Shown: piece by piece, positions 13,938 to 26,934 of the stretch
Position numbering within the stretch: the stretch's first letter is position 1
Layout of the letters: every line of letters starts with the position of its first letter
NCBI RefSeq assembly: GCF_000181795.1
Contig: NW_003526941.1
Span: forward strand, 3,594,472-3,658,471
Direction: 5' to 3'
Source: Trichinella spiralis
Lineage: Eukaryota
DNA: 64,000 bases
Program-made: the position numbers and the translations under genes
The notes under the pieces: generated by a model
What the model saw: the letters and a program-made list of their open reading frames with translations, nothing else
What the model was told of the DNA's origin: nothing
Databases searched by the model: none

Positions 13938-15677
13938 ATGAAGAATTTTCCAAAGGTTTTACAAATATTTCAACAGATTTTTCTTAGTTCTTTATACGCT
14001 CATTTTCAGGTTGAACTTCACGTACATCTGGACGGTGCTATTCGACATTCTACTATTGTGGATATTGCTAAGTAAGATGTAGACATTATGAAAAAATAGT
14101 AATGTTGTAAATTTGGTCAGGTATGTTTATACACTTGAAAGCAATGTTAAAATATGGTTTCAAACATGTTGGCTGTAATGATTCAACTTTGTTGAACAGT
14201 TTAATGTATAATGACAAAATACCCAAGTAGATGAAATGAATAAACTGCAATTCAAGAGAATTAATTGCTTTTGAAATTCATCTTTGAATTAATTTTGTTT
14301 AAACAACTATTGGTGCTGTTTTTGAATTTTCGCATCAGAAAATATTTAAATAAAATAAATAATATTTTAGGCAAAAAAACATTGGCCTCCCATCGATGGA
14401 AGTTGAAAAGCTTCGAGAATTCGTGGTGACACAGGAACCGATGAGCCTGGACAGAATGTTGAAAGACTTTGAAATTTTTACGCCAGTGTTGATGTAAGAT
14501 CAATAATGTTCAAAGTTTAAACGAATTATTATTCATTTCATTATGTATGCATATTTTGTAGAGGTGATCCAGATGCAATCGAGCGTGTTGCTTATGAATT
14601 TTGTGAAACTCAAAAGAAAAACAATGTTTTGTACACAGAAGTCCGTTATAGTCCGCATTTGCTTTCCAACACAGCGAAGAATTCATACTGGCCTGATGTG
14701 GGTCCGTACAAAGGAAAAGGAGAAGTGACGCCAGAAAAAGTAGTAATGGCTGTCAATGAAGGGTTGCGCAAAGGACAACGTGATTTTGGCATCCAAGTTC
14801 GCTCGTTGCTTTGCTGCATCGTCTGCTACCCTTGTATTATTAACAAATCACTATTAGATTGTTTTTAATGGATAATTTTATTTATTTATTTATTTATTTT
14901 TATAAATGTTTAAGCTTGGTCTGAAGAAGTGGTACATATGTGTGAAAAATTCAAAAAAGATGGCGTTGTCGGAATTGATCAAGCTGGAGCTAATGTCACA
15001 TTTACACCACACGAAGCGAAAATTTTTCAAATGGCAAAAAGTCGAGGAATACACCGAACCGTGCATGCCGGGGAAGTTGGCACTGCTGATAATGTTAAGC
15101 AGGTTTAAACATTTGTTCATATGTTCAGTCAATCGTTTTGTTTACTTACAAAATTTATCTAAACTGAATAAATAGGCTATTGAACAATTGCAAGTAGAAC
15201 GTATTGGCCATGGATATAGAGTTTTACAAGATGAATCTATTTATGAGTTGGCTAAAAATGGTGGTTATCATTTTGAATTATGCCCACTGTCCAGTGTCGT
15301 GTCTGGTTCAGTGGTTTCAGACTGGTCAACACATCCTGCGAGAAGGTAACAAACAAAATTTTGACATTGAAATCTAATTAATTTTTTGTCTTGATGAACA
15401 GATTTTTGAAAGATCAACTGAACTTCTCCATCAACACAGACGATCCGACTATTTTGGACAACAGCATGTGCAGTGAATTTGAAATATGCAAAGAAAAACT
15501 GGGATTTACTGAAACAGATCTGCATGTTGCGGTAAACAAAAATGAAAATGGTTGAAAAATTTTACCTCATTAAATTAATTTACGCCCTTTTAGACTTGCA
15601 ATGCAGCACGATCATCATTTTTGGAAATTGATGAAAAAGAGCAACTGCTCAGCAATATAAAGAAACAATGGTTTTAA
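13938..15677 (+). CDS. ADA: Adenosine deaminase (ADA1 type), multi-exon
   Basis: MKNFPK|VELHVHLDGAIR, YTEVRYSPH, GVVGIDQAG, RTVHAGE, ERIGHG, HFELCPLSS and NFSINTDDP; metal ligands and the catalytic Glu are intact; stop TAA at 15675-15677. Confidence 0.95.
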
Positions 15678-16731
15678 ATGGAAAAACAGCATATATATAT
15701 ATATATTCATTTGACTCGTTTGGGAAACTGAAATCATAATGGAATTTAATTTTAAAGATGATGGTTGTTCGTTAAAAAATTGGCTGTACTGATTGCGGTA
15801 TACAATTTGTGAAAAAATATAAAAAATTTCTAGTAGTTTAATTAATTTTATAATAATTTTGTTCTTTTTTTCAATGGAAAACACGCATTTTTTGAGTTTG
15901 TTAATTTTTGAAAATAAATCAAAACAGCAAACTCGGTTTTCTTTCTTGCATTTCATCAAACCTTTCGTATAATATTGCAGAACTGAACTGAACTGTAAAA
16001 TGAAAAACTGAAAAAACTTGAATTTAAAGCAAGCAAGCATCAAAAGCGACTGAAAACAGACAGTGTCATTAAATTAACATCATGGCATACTGCATGCAAT
16101 AAAATGAATGAAAAGCTCGTTTCGAGAAATTATTCAATTATTAAACAAGTTTCACGCATAATTATTGGCATAGAAAATGTGCACGACTGAAAATGAATGA
16201 AATCAGGCACGTTGCGTTCAAGGCAAATAAATGTACATTCCTCTTTAAAATACCCATTTATCACTACAGTCAACAAGTAGAGTTTCGCAATCAAATACTC
16301 TGTAAAAACTAGTCAAATTACTGTGCATGCATCATTTGAATGAAATAATATCTATACAAATTGAAATTGTACCTTTCAAAAAAAATAAAATTGGTTTTTT
16401 GCCCAACACAACTAGCCGAATACTGGATTACTTAGTGAAAATGCAAAAGTTTCACACTACCACTATTATCAGAGCTAAACAACTTCCAGTAATGGAAGAC
16501 AAAGTAGAAAATCACGTTCATACTACCAATGCAGAAATGTTCGAAAGAAATGCTTAACAAAAGTGTAAAATGATATAGCTATTTATCTTTGTCCAACAAA
16601 AATTATTATACACCGCATAAAAAAGATTAGCAAACTAGCAGTGCGTTTTTATTATTAGAAAAAAAATTAATCAAACTATATTAACCGGATGAAAAACAAA
16701 ATTAAAAAAAGAAGGCAAAATGGCAATAATA

Positions 16732-19700
16732 TTAACTGTTGCAATTTTTCAACTGCTTCAAAACCGTTTCAAGGTAACGTTTGCGATCTTTGTCTTTCAC
16801 TTTACCGAAAATTGCATTTTTACGACGTTCGAATTCATAAATTTTTTCCAATACAGATGTGGCTGTGAAAGGATGCACGCGAACGTATTTTCCAGTCTGG
16901 CGACCAAATTCTGCTAAGTAGGTACTCCAGTCGTCAGCCATGACCAAATCAAGCATCTGACGAATATCGACAAACGTGAGTATCAAAGTCGAATCCTGTG
17001 CACCGGCTATTTGGCATCTAGAGACGAACTGTTCAAATTGCATCACGTCCAAATTAACCTGCTCCAATGCGCCCATGCTGATCTGCTTTACAGCCGGGTC
17101 GACAAGAAAGTCAACCAGGCGATTGCAAATGTATTTGCAAGCTTGAACACAAATATGTCGGGAAAGTTGCACCGGCAAAGCGGCAAATGATACGAATGTC
17201 GCCTCCAAAAACAAGATCAGATCACTTACATAATCGGTCGGCTGACCGTCACAAGAAGTTAGCTCCCAATCGTACTGCGCAACGCTGACAATTTCGTCAA
17301 TTTTCTGCCTCATCGATTCGTCAATTCTCTGTTCAACTTCGCTGCGTGCATCTTTGAAAACGTCTTCTTTCAATTTCAATATATGCAAATCAAGTGTGCA
17401 CGCCGAATTGCCAAGAATATTCAGCATAAACTGATGCAATGCTTCACAACTTTTTTCCAAATAACCAATATTAATTGTTATTTGCACCAGCTGAGTCAAC
17501 GACAACAAGCTGACCTCGTCCACAACGTACATCTTCAAATGGCCGTTGAATCGTTGCAATAGCAAGTCAACAGTGTTGCGCAGTGTTTCGTGCATTTCAC
17601 TGTGACTCATTTCGAGATTGTCGACAAATTTCAAACAGGCGCGCACGAAACGTTTCATCTCCTCATACGCACCGGGGGCAAATTCGGAAAAGTCCAACTG
17701 AAGAGGGGGAGAAAAATTCTCCAACTTCACCAGACCGCCTTTGCCTTGCAAAACGTTCTTCGCCAACGGAAAACGTTCCATCAACGATTTCAGCTCGTCC
17801 GTCGAGTTGATCACCAGCGGTGCGTAATTTTCCGTTCTTAACAAGTGGTCAAAATGGGCGCACGATTTCGACATCAGTATTTCGTAATATTGATCACGAA
17901 AATTTTGCAACACTCGGTACAACACCTTGACATGATAGCCGTAACCTTTCATCGTGTGGGCAAAAAGCAAAATCAAGCTCTTCATCGGTAGCATCGCTTC
18001 ATCGTCAGTACAACGACCGAAGTGGTCATTCAACGTTCGCTCCACATGTCCCACGGCAATTTCCCACAGTTCATCACGATAACTACGAGTGACCAAATCC
18101 GATGCCGTTTGCATAATGTGATCTTCAATCACGAAAAAGCCGATCACTTCGAAAATATAATTCAGCAACATTTGAAACGAATTGAACACTTTGTGCGGGG
18201 CAAGCAACGAAAACACTGCCTGTTCACGTCGTTGTTTCCTGTAATAGGCTTCAAAACTTTCCCTCGCCCCGAGAACGGAAAATATATGACAGCAACGATA
18301 AACTGGAGAAAAATCAATCATATCTTGAGCACTGAAATCTATCTCATCCGTGTCAACCGCTTGCAAAGATTCCGGCCGATTATCCATTTTCCAAAATGCA
18401 AGCAATTCATATCTTCAAATCAGTTATTGCTCATCATCAAGATGGATAAACAAACCAATTGCAACTTTAAACAATAACAATTCTACATCTTCCAACAATA
18501 TTTTCTCACCATTATTATGAATAAATTTACAAAAATTAAATTATCCCACCGAAACGGAAATACATAAATTTTACCCCTTCTTCGCTCAAATACACTGCAA
18601 ATGTATCATCACAATTAAATAAATAGAAAGCTATAAATTGCTCGGTCAGAAAAAAAAATACCAAAAACTTCATTAAATTCAAGCAGATTTTATCAAATTA
18701 TTTGTACCTGATTTTCATTTTATAACTGCATACTGTAAAATATTCCAATTCTACAACAGGTAAAGCAAATAAACGATAAAAATAACTACTAGTTGAATGA
18801 ATTGCTGACATAATTAGGTCAAACTATTTTGAAATAAAGAAATGTTAAAAAGTATTTTTTTTCTTTAACTTAAAATAAAAACGTAACTATTAGGTGAAAA
18901 TAAAACACCATGTTGAAAATATGCACAATACGACCTACTGCTTGAAATGTTGAAAACAAACAAACCGCGCAAGCAAATGTAAACCAGAACAGTGTTTAAA
19001 AATTGCATCTTACCTGGAAGAACCAAACTTTTCTTCAACATCACTTTGCTTCAAATGTTCAACTGTATGTCGTAAAGCAACGGCTCCAATTTTTCCGGAA
19101 ACGTTTCGTATATTTTCCAAAAAATCAGTAAATTCATTAAATGAAGCAGTTTTAATCTGCTGACGAATTCCTTTAATGCTGCTCACTATGGCATCTCCGA
19201 AACGATACCGAGCAACACGAGGAAGATAAGTATGTTCCAACTGTTCCAGAGTTCTAAGTGCTGGGTAATATTTCTTTTGATTAAGCAACTCGTTCAGACG
19301 AGCAAATTTTTCCAAAACTGGCAAACACATCGAAACACTGTCAACAGCGGCGACAATATTTCGTTGCAACTTGCGTTGGCGAATAATTTCAGAAGCAACT
19401 GAAGCCAAAGTGCGAGTACAATCTGACAAATAACCACTGGACGCAGCAAGTGCATTTTTCAGTTCTTGACAATCTTGTCGAAGGGTCACCAACTCTTCAA
19501 CCGACTTGACAAAATCGTGATAATGAAAGTTGCAAAGCTTTTCAATTTCACGATCATACTGCCGTATACGTTTCTCGAGCGCTTTCAAGAAAAATGCAAC
19601 GTTGTTATTTTCATATAAAGCCCGCAAAACAAAATCAACGCTAGCCACATCTGATGTTTCCAACTCTGACAGAGCATATATATGCTCTGTTCCTAAACTG

Positions 19701-19825
19701 GAAGATTTCAAACTAGAGCCAGCTTCACTATTTTCTGTAGACTGTTGTTTCAAATCAGGCTGAACCATCTTCCGTACAACAACGCCGTAACAATCTAAAT
19801 TACTTTGCCTAATAACATTTACCAT
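16732..19825 (-). CDS. EXOC6: Exocyst complex component 6 (Sec15); two exons (19825-19013, about 18412-16732)
   Basis: YDREIEKLCNFHYHDF, YYPALRTLEQLEHTYLP, FTDFLENIR, IDFSPVYRCCHIFSVLG..FEAYYRKQRREQA, GFFVIEDHI, YDW and DWSTYLAEFG..KYVRV; donor CCAG|GTAAG at 19012. Confidence 0.95.
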
Positions 19826-21391
19826 TCAAATTACAAATAATTCCGCTCAGCTTTTCATGTAAATATTTATTTCAACTTAAACATTTGTAACTGAAGATAA
19901 GCTAGAGTAAAACAAAACTACAGTACATGAAATGGTGTATTAAATAATTAAAGATCAAATTTAAAGCTGGCAAAATTTTTATAAACGGCGCAGAAGTTCT
20001 TTAAGTATGCTCAAAAAAGGATTGTTCAGACAGAATTGAATTGCAATATTTTACCATAAAAATAATTAAATATAAGATGTACCTTCAGCATCAATTCATA
20101 AAAAGCTTGAACTTTCGAAAATCACTTCTCTTAACAATATTTAACCAGGCCAGTTTATAAACCAAATACAATTTATCTAATGAAAAGTAAGTTCAATTTT
20201 ACTGACAATGGAGATAAATGGCTGAATTAATAATAGTAATTGTAATCTATTGGAAGATTTACAATTATGAAAGATAATAAACGCCAATAAAATATAAAAA
20301 TGAATTGAAGTTTGCTTTCAAAATGAATGTTGCAATTACAACCTAGCTGTTTACTGTTATTGATGCTTTTTACGTGTAGAAGAAGCAGTGAACATAGAAA
20401 AGTTTGCAATAAAATCGAGCTTTAATTTTTGAAGAGAAGCTTTTTTTATGATTTAATTATTACTTTTTGTTAGATGCAAAAGAGAAAAAAAGATATTTAG
20501 ACTGACATTTTCATTTCTTTCTCTTATGGATCTGATTAATAGAATGATCTATGAAATTATTCTTGTTTTTTTTTAAAATCCCAAAATAAATGCACATAAA
20601 ACTTGTTTAAATTACACATACGTATAGGTAATCAAAACATGTACGAACGAAATACGTCTAGAAACCAGGAACAGAAAAATGTTGAAAAATCTTGAAAGCA
20701 TTTTATAAAAACTTAAAATTAACAATAATCCATGCACTGGGAAACGGTGTTTTCAGTTATTAGAGTAAATTATGCGTTGCTAAATTTGTAAAAATTATTC
20801 AAAAATAAGAAATTAATACATTTTAGATGACAATGTAAGATTTTTCAAGCAAAATACTTGTTTATAATTTTATTTAGTTGAGTTTTATTTTTGCACTTGG
20901 CATTTAAGGAAAATGTACATGCGTTCTTACAAAAATGTTTACAGTAAACTTTTTGATATTTTTGAGATGCGCATTCGATTTTCCATGCTTTGAGAAAGCA
21001 TTGCTATTTTAAACTGCGGCACGGAAAATATTATAAAATTGTCCCAATTTACTTATAATCAGGCAAGTAAACTTTTCAAAATTTCATCAACACGTAAAAC
21101 TGTTGAATGCAATTAAACGAATTCTATACTAAATTGGTGTTCAATTTTTTAATATAATTATTGTTTGATGTGCTATTTTCTGTTGTTTAAAGGAACAATT
21201 TTGATTATTTTTGTATTATTGAAAAGTTGATAATATAACTGTGTGTGGTGAATGTGTAAAGTGGTTAAAAATTGCAAACAGTACTAGGACAAATTGTTGT
21301 TTGCATATTGAAAGGAAAAGTGGATATTGATAATGTGACTCGATGTATTTGCATTTCACTGATTTATCATTAGTGTTGTTGTTCAGTTGGT

Positions 21392-22156
21392 ATGTCTCAA
21401 GGTTCGAAGCGAAATAAGCGTGCAAATGTGAAAACTGATGAAGAAGATGTCGATTTGATGGATCCAGGGAGCTGGTCTTGCAGCGTTTGCACGTTCAGAA
21501 ATCGGGCGGATCTTTTCCACTGTTTAATGTGCGACACAAGAAAGGGAACGTCGACGAGGAAGCCGAAGTTGAATTCAGCAGTGGTGGAATTGCAGCAAAC
21601 GGTGCAAAAAATTGTCCAACAGCAACAACAATTGCAACACCAAAATACGCCGACCGATTCCAAAGAGAAACACCGAGATAAAGCGGGATGTTCGAAAAAA
21701 GCCCAAAATTGCAGCAGTCCCACGCATGGCTGTGATAGCAGCAGCGCAGCAGTGGCGTCCTCTTCGACCGTATCTTTGCCGGTATCGTTAAACAAGGTCG
21801 ACTGCAAAAGTGAACCAACAATCAACATGTCAAAGGACACGTCAATAGTTCAGCCGGATGAGAATGCCCAAGCTGCCATTGTTGACAAGGAACAAGAAAA
21901 TAAAGAAGAGACCATAGTCGTTGGCGACACCACGTACGCGTTAAATTTAAATACTGCTCGCACGTTTACAGTCACCTCGAACGAGGTGACTGTAGTTTTC
22001 ACTGATTACAGTGTTAGGGAGATGAATTCGAATATATCCCATTCTTGTGAAATGAAAAGAGACACCCATGAGCGGAAGTCTGCAATGGTGAAGAAAGAGA
22101 AACGGAGACGAATCAAGTGTGGAAGCGAAGATTCCGACTCGGGTTGTCTCCAGTAA
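21392..22156 (+). CDS. RYBP: RING1 and YY1-binding protein / YAF2 family, intronless
   Basis: RanBP2-type zinc finger WSCSVCTFRNRADLFHCLMCDTRKGTSTRKPKLN plus the C-terminal YAF2_RYBP motif LNLNTARTFTVTSNEVTVVFTDY. Confidence 0.9.
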   Translation: MSQGSKRNKRANVKTDEEDVDLMDPGSWSCSVCTFRNRADLFHCLMCDTRKGTSTRKPKLNSAVVELQQTVQKIVQQQQQLQHQNTPTDSKEKHRDKAGCSKKAQNCSSPTHGCDSSSAAVASSSTVSLPVSLNKVDCKSEPTINMSKDTSIVQPDENAQAAIVDKEQENKEETIVVGDTTYALNLNTARTFTVTSNEVTVVFTDYSVREMNSNISHSCEMKRDTHERKSAMVKKEKRRRIKCGSEDSDSGCLQ

Positions 22157-22200
22157 CGTGTCAGTGAATAGAATTTAAAAAGAAAGGAAGGAATAAACAC

Positions 22201-22231
<31 letters not shown>

Positions 22232-23672
22232 ACATCTTCATATTCAATCAGTGAATCATTGTAAGTGAGAATAGTGGTTTTCTTTCTTTCTTTTTAATTT
22301 TATTGCTACACTTTTGTTGTTACACTGCTTGTTTTTATACTTATTATTATCTTTTTCCATTGATAACACATTGTTATAGTCATGAAGTTAAAGTTTTCTC
22401 CTCCATTGTGAATATAATTTATTTTATGTTGAATACTTATTATTTTGAATAAACGTAACAAATGAAACTTTCTATGCTTTGCTGATTCATCTAAATTAGT
22501 TTAAAGAAAGAAAACCATTCTTATCATTATTATGTGCTAATGTAGTGTGAAATATTATTACTTTAAAAATGTGACCAAAAAGGGGTTTCTGAGTTTATGT
22601 TAATTAACAGTTAGCGGGTAATTGTAATCAACGTTGAGTAATCATTGTAATCAAGCGTATACATGAAGTTTCATCTTACTTATATAACAACAACAATAAT
22701 AATAATAATCATAATAATAATTTGACCCTTTATAAATTTAAAAATATAAATAAATAGACAATTTTTATTCGATAACAGTGATCGTTGACAAGTGGAAAGT
22801 TTAACTTCTGGTTAATTTTTATTTACTAAATAAAAAACAGATTTGATAAATTAATATTTCTAATTTATCTAATAATAATAGTTATAATAAAGTAATGTGA
22901 ATATTTTTCATTTATCCGTGCAGGTTGTTGTAAGAATATTGAAGATTGGCATGAATTGTTTCGCTAGCAATTACCATGCATGAAATAGAAGCAAGTGCGT
23001 GCGAGGTTTCCATCAAACTGACGGCAACTTGAGGATTTACCAATTCTGTGGCCATATCGAGTGTTGTTCGGTAGATTATTGTTCAATTATTAATTATTTG
23101 ACTTTTCAAACGACTCTGAAATGATCACGCGAGTAAAGCATGAAAAATAATAGCTTCACTACTGATGTTAATCATTGTTGTACGAGATTCTGAGAAATCG
23201 TAAGAGACTCGTTAGTCGAGCTGAATCTTACGCAACTTGCAAGCGTGAAAATGGCTGATCCGGATGAAGCTCACTCAATTAAGCTTGCCAACAACACAAC
23301 TGGACAAGCGAACCGGAAAAGCTGATCATATACAGCCAGTATGATGGTACATGGGGAACGGTGACAGCTGGTGTTCTTTTGATCAATGATGACCCGATTA
23401 ATGATAGAGGACCAGTCAGAGATCACTAGCCGAGCTTCAACTAGCCGGTAATCGAGCCCGACCACGCCTATTGAGCAAGAGCATCATCAATTATGCAAGA
23501 AGTGTTCGCCGAGCTTATTCGACCTTTTGCTAACCATTCGGGGTCCCATTCAACATTACATACGACACAGACGAGCCCGTTCAAATCCATCCGAGAAAAA
23601 TTCTTACTCTCCTACAGAACTACAACAAGCTCACCAACCCTACACTATTTATTTATTCTTTTATAAATAAAT

Positions 23673-24143
23673 ATGATTGGTTCATCGTCAAATTCTTCAA
23701 AAAATAATACAGATTTTTCTATTGAATCGTTATTACAAAATACGCCCAACGCAAAGTCGAATTCAATCATCTTTTCAAATCACAGCGCTTTTCAAAAGCC
23801 AGTCACAAATCGCACCATACAACAAAATTTCACAAATATTTCAACCACGCCCATTTTTCCACAATCACTCTGGTGTCCAATTCATCCAGCATCTTTTATA
23901 CATGCATCACTTCGTCAACAATCTTCCACTACAACAACGACAACACCAACAACAACAACACCAACACCAACACCAACATCAAAGTCGTCGGTGAAAAAAT
24001 ACAAATGCAACGTCTGCGACAAAGCATTCAGTCGTAGTAACACATTGCTTACTCACAAGGTATGATTTCTCACGAACATTTCAATAATAATCCTTATTAT
24101 CACTTTAAAAGTATTTTTTCATTTTAAAATTAACGAACAATTC

Positions 24144-24214
<71 letters not shown>

Positions 24215-26934
24215 ATAAATTCATGTCTTTTTGCAGCAGAGAACTGACATCATTTTTGGAAATGTATCATTAGTATTAAAATATTTTTATCTTTTTTTTT
24301 GTTAAAAAAATTTAATTTTTTTCTTCACATTATTTTCATCTCATAAGTAAATAAGAAATTTCAATTACTCAGACATATCAAAGCAGGTATAGCAAATATA
24401 AAATCAATATAATGTGCAATATCTACTATATTTGTTAGATGAATGTCATCATAAAACTTCAGCTTCCTTGTCTTTACTAGAGAATAATCTTATTTATAGA
24501 ATTTTACAATTTTAATCAAACTCCACATTTTACTCATCAAGAAAAGCTATTAAGGAAAACTATTCAAACTGACACGATTTATATACAAATTCCTTTCACT
24601 TTCAGAAAAAACATTTTTTACCAAATTATATTATTAAATTAATATTTTATAAATACACCTTCAAAACCGTGTCCAAATTACAACAATTTATTTTTTTGCT
24701 TCCATTATACTCTTATTTGCAATGCCTTAATAAAAACATTTTCAACATCAACAGAAATACAATTTCAAATATTACAGAAATAAAAGAAATGTTAACAGAC
24801 TATTCGATTTATAAATTAATTTTCAACAAATTTTCACTTCTTTATAAATATTTATTGAACTATAAATCTATATATATTATAGAGTTTTATATAGAATGCA
24901 TTTCAATTTACAAAATTTTACTTTTACATTCCAGCACAAGAAATGAATGCAAATGATGCCTGAATTTAAATAATGAAGCTTTTAAAGAAGCTTCATCTTC
25001 TTTCACAATAATTTTATTTATAATATGAATGCAATCGCATTATGCTTTATTGAATTAAAAAATAAGAAAGAAAATAAATTCTAATTCACGGTATATTTTC
25101 CACGTTTTTTAAGATTAATGACAGTTAAAAATTCAATTTATAATTATTGCGCTTTAAATGCATTGATAAAAGCTCAAATGCAGGTTAAGCATTATCTTTC
25201 TTTTCATAAAGTGCAAGGATGTATTAGCGCGGATGTTTTGGAGGTGTTTAAAGCGTAGACCATTCATTGTCATTCAACTTAAGTGTCATTGATCCGCCTG
25301 ACCAGTTCAATACTATCAACTGACAGAAAACAATAGCTCATCGAACTATCTTTTCTTCTCATGCAGACACTTCTTCAAAGACCAAACGGTGGAACTTTTA
25401 AAATATTTACCAGTTTACAGTTGTGCCTAGTGATCGGTCTGCGATTAGCACTTCATTATTACGCTAGATCAATTTTCTTCTAGCAACACGGATCAGAACA
25501 ACCCATTGTTCAACTGGCTTAACACTAGCTTTTTACAATTACCGTATATTTACAGTAACATTATGCTACAAATACTGGTCTATACAACGGATAAAACTCA
25601 TTCATACGTTCAACTGAGATGCTGCATTCGGGCAAATTTCTCCTCGTCTTCTCTTATTGGTCTAACATTTTCATTGGTTTTATTCGTTGATTGGTTCAAA
25701 ATGCTTTTCATATGATTCGATCAAATTCCTCTACTTTTTATTGGCCCGTACGATTCAGGATTTCATTAGCCAATAATTCCTTATTATGAATGGCTGCAAT
25801 ATTTCATGCTTCATTGGTCAAAACAGTTACGCTATTTCAAATTTTCATAACTTATTAATAAGAAACAAATTTTATCTAGTATCATTTTAAAGTGTAACCT
25901 TTGTTTCAAGAACAATCCCAACTGACCGTTGTATTTACCACACATTTTTGCTGACAGGCTATTTTACCATTAAAAATGTAAAACTAGTCCAGACTTATCT
26001 TGATTGCAAGTAAAATTTGTTGATTAAAAATGAAAAAAGATTTTTCCCGCGTAAGATAGCAGCTATCAAATCAGAAAAATATTCAGCTGACAACACCGGC
26101 ACTCTTAGTCAGGTGAACAGAGAACAAAATAAAAAATAACTTGTTAATCTCCTTTCTACAAACTTCATAATTACATAAAAGATGGAATACATTCTCAAAA
26201 TTATTACTTTTTTCAGATATGCCAAACGAATAAATTTTGAATTTGTAATAGCATCTTTTCACAAGGCTACGCGTAAAATGCCTTTGGCAAAATTAAAACT
26301 GCCAAATTCATTTATGTTGAAAATGCAATTCATAAATTGAATTACAAAAAGCATATACATATACGAGTTTAAAATAATAAATAGATATTTTTCAATATGG
26401 ATAAATTTTAAAAAATAATATTTTTAAATTCAAGAGAATACATACCGGAGAAAAGCCATTTAAATGTGACAGTTGTGGTCGAGCTTTCCGACAGCCAGGA
26501 AATTTAACACGCCATCGTCTCACACATACAACAGTATGTGATTGGAAATTAACGTTTCAATGTTGTCAAACAATCAGCCAATTTATACATTCAGGTAAAA
26601 CCGTACGCATGCGGACAATGTGGTCGTGCATTTAATCGAGCATCAAATTTGCATACACATCTGCGTACCCATTGCCATTATCGTCCTTTTGTTTGCATTC
26701 AGTGTGGAAAAGGATTCAATCAAAAAGTTGATTTAAAGCTCCATTTATTTTTGCACGCAAGTAAGTTACTATAAAATATTAATGCTTATGTTTTTATTTT
26801 AAAAGCGACACTTTATTTCTTTAATTGATTGTTGAGAAGTATTTTAATTTTTATATGTAATATTTTTGAGTCTCTAATACTACTACAACGAGTTCCGTTA
26901 TTAAGATTTTCACATTTTAGATGCTACGAAATGA
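23673..26934 (+). CDS. eh1-motif, four-finger C2H2 transcription factor (Fez/Gfi-related); exons 23673-24059, 26435-26533, 26595-26760, probably 26921-26934
   Basis: N-terminal FSIESLL (eh1). Fingers: [107 protein letters not shown]. Confidence 0.85.
24145..24212. repeat. (CA)n microsatellite, about 34 units, in intron 1 of the zinc-finger gene
   Basis: Perfect ACAC run. Confidence 0.95.

Noticed and set aside
17583..18477. + strand ORFs of 75-151 aa
   Set aside because: Antisense shadows of the Sec15 coding exon.
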